This document shows, piece after piece, positions 24,294 to 26,174 of a stretch of DNA of 26,174 nt (position 1 is its first letter; each line of letters opens with the position of its first letter). The position numbers and the translations under genes are program-made. Below the pieces are notes generated by a model. The model was given only the letters and a program-made list of their open reading frames with translations, was not told the DNA's origin and did no database searches. Origin of the DNA: a virus (taxonomy: Duplodnaviria; Caudoviricetes); the IMG/VR virus record IMGVR_UViG_3300020043_003543, positions 1 through 26,174 of that record; one strand, 5' to 3'.

Positions 24294-25025
24294 TCACCTT
24301 GTTTTGAGTTGGGTTGATCGCCAGCGCATCCACTCATCTGTCGACATAGCTTCCGGCGTTCTGACGGCTGCTCTGCCTGAGACGTTTGGACCTGGCGCGG
24401 GGGCGGCGGACAACGGTTTCGACCGGGGCGCGGATAACCGCGCTTCCAGCTTCGCCATTGCGGCGCCCAGTTTGTGAAGAGGGAGAGCGGCAATCTTCCG
24501 CAGCTCGTCCACATTCTCGCCGAGATAGCCAGCGAGAGCTAAACTGTGGTCCGATTCTACAACAAGATCAGCAATTTCCTTTGAGACCGGCAACGTAACG
24601 TCACTGAAAAAGGCATAAGCCCCTTCCGTTTCAGCCTTAGCCGCCAGCGTGTTCCGCTGCTCCATCAGACGCTCGCGTTCCATGTTTTGACGCAAGCGAG
24701 CTTCAACCCGCTCGACGATATAATCAGGATCGCTGTCATCTGTTGAAGTTGCGGCCTCATACGCCGGTTGAGGCGGCGGCGTGTATTGGCTCCGCATGGC
24801 CTGCTCGCGCCAATAGTCGGCTTCGCGCTGGGCCTGCCTTGCCTGCCAGGTCAGTTCATTGAGACGCTTTCCAACGCCTCGCTTAGACTTCTCCGGCTTC
24901 TCGCCCGTCTCTTCTGTCGCCTCATCCTGTTCTGCCGCGATAGGTTCGGATTGCTCCGGGGGTGCGCTGGCAGGCGCGGGAGTTGGCGTGGGTTCAAAGG
25001 TGGCTTCGTTGTTTTGGTCGGACAT
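24294..25025 (-). CDS. Scaffolding protein A
   Basis: Acidic Pro-rich N-terminus, GVGKRLNELTWQ...AQREADYWR coiled coil, LAGYLGEN.DELRKIAAL, C-terminal MSTDEWM; lies between portal and coat. Confidence 0.85.
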   Translation of the reverse strand: MSDQNNEATFEPTPTPAPASAPPEQSEPIAAEQDEATEETGEKPEKSKRGVGKRLNELTWQARQAQREADYWREQAMRSQYTPPPQPAYEAATSTDDSDPDYIVERVEARLRQNMERERLMEQRNTLAAKAETEGAYAFFSDVTLPVSKEIADLVVESDHSLALAGYLGENVDELRKIAALPLHKLGAAMAKLEARLSAPRSKPLSAAPAPGPNVSGRAAVRTPEAMSTDEWMRWRSTQLKTR

Positions 25026-25049
25026 TGTGCGCCTTTCAAGCGGCCCAGT

Positions 25050-26174
25050 TTAGGCGGGCATCCCTCCAACAGGTGCGCCTTGCGGCGGAGACCCGGCGCC
25101 TGTTGGGGCGGCGCCAGGAAGCGGGAGACCGAGCTGCATCAAGCGCTCAGTCAAATCAAATTCGATCTTGTTGGCCTCAACCATCGTCTTGCGGGCCTTG
25201 GCCTGCTTTTCAGGATCAGGCGGCGGCGCCTGGCCTTGGCCTTGGAAGAGTTTGCGGATCTCCTCCGCCACCTCAGCCGCGTCGGGCCAGTCCATCAATT
25301 CCGCAATCCGCGGAAGGATAATCGGCGCCAGCATTGGCGCGGCCTGCATCATATCAAGCAAGCCTTGCGCGGTCTCAGCCCTTTGCGAGGTGAAGCTCGG
25401 ACCCGTGGCGACGCGGACATCATACCGGCCCCGCTTTAGGTCAATCGGCCCGGCATTGACCGCGATTATTGCGGCTTCCTGCTTCTTTCCAAGAATGCGT
25501 ACCTGCCGTTCCGTGTCATAGATCTTCGGGATCATATCCACGAGGATGCGCCCGGTTTCCTCAACCGCCGCTAGCAAGCCGTCAATGAATGCATACGTCC
25601 CAACATCGGCTTCCTTCTGCCGCGCCAGGATCGCCCGCCCGCTTGTCTCGTTTGAGCGAGCGCCAAGGCTGGCATCATAAATGCCCGTAGTCGCCTTGAG
25701 GTCATCGGACGCAAGCGCCGCTTCCTGAAGCATAGCGCCCTCGATCCGAGCAGGCTCCAAGCGCTGCGGCGGTCCACCGGCCTGCGGATCTGGCGTATAG
25801 GTCAGGAACGGAGGGTTCCCAGTCGCCATCTGGTACCACTCTTCCTCGCGCCCCTCGATCTGGCGATCTGTGACGAGGAAGGGGGCTTTCGGCGCAAGCG
25901 CCAGCTTCTCAACTGAAGCGGAACGCCAATAATTGATCATCCGCTGGCTGTCTTTCGCGAAGCGGATGATGCTGGAGCGAACAACGCGCGGCCCGATCTC
26001 CACTTCCTCGCCTGAGACGAAAACGATCGGGATACGATCGCCAAGCCACTCATGCGGACCGGACAGGATTTCCGCGCCGGTCATGATCCACCAGCGCACC
26101 TTCTTCCGGCTGACCTTCCGCCGCATAGGCTCGCCGTTCTTATCCACGCGAACGCCAGGCGGGGGCGGGATCTC
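25050..26174 (-). CDS. Portal protein, P22 gp1-like (C-terminal part; frame open to the window edge)
   Basis: IPIVFVSG, IIRFAKDSQRMINYWRS, ALAPKAP, LGARSNETSGRAILARQ, MIPKIYDTERQVRILG, GRYDVRVATGPSFTSQR. Confidence 0.93.
   Translation of the reverse strand, partial: EIPPPPGVRVDKNGEPMRRKVSRKKVRWWIMTGAEILSGPHEWLGDRIPIVFVSGEEVEIGPRVVRSSIIRFAKDSQRMINYWRSASVEKLALAPKAPFLVTDRQIEGREEEWYQMATGNPPFLTYTPDPQAGGPPQRLEPARIEGAMLQEAALASDDLKATTGIYDASLGARSNETSGRAILARQKEADVGTYAFIDGLLAAVEETGRILVDMIPKIYDTERQVRILGKKQEAAIIAVNAGPIDLKRGRYDVRVATGPSFTSQRAETAQGLLDMMQAAPMLAPIILPRIAELMDWPDAAEVAEEIRKLFQGQGQAPPPDPEKQAKARKTMVEANKIEFDLTERLMQLGLPLPGAAPTGAGSPPQGAPVGGMPA

Noticed and set aside
1-26174. tRNA, rRNA, integrase/att site, reverse transcriptase or terminase
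   Set aside because: None recognised. The window is almost fully coding and intergenic gaps are under about 75 bp. Terminase is expected beyond the right edge.

Overview
A 26 kb segment of a GC-rich, P22-like (podovirus-type) tailed phage or prophage. The host is probably Alphaproteobacterial, inferred from an RcGTA head-spike base homolog. Positions 1-4.0 kb (+ strand) are the end of a replication/accessory arm: VRR-NUC tail, a compact C5-methyltransferase-like gene, an SNF2 helicase, a pentapeptide-repeat protein, DUF3310 and several small ORFs. Positions 3.9-26.2 kb (- strand) are a converging late operon. Read in transcription order it is: portal (partial) - scaffold A - coat A - gp4-like adaptor A - head-spike base and fibre genes - small basic proteins - tailspike - promoter - scaffold B - coat B - two decoration-like proteins - gp4-like adaptor B - an antisense HNH endonuclease - gp10 - needle/fibre genes - three ejection proteins - a five-gene lysis cassette. 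The main oddity is two complete, intact and diverged scaffold + P22-type major capsid + adaptor sets. They share only one visible portal and one tail/ejection set, and the second set has its own sigma70-like promoter. Family calls come from motif recognition and gene order only; no database searches were run.
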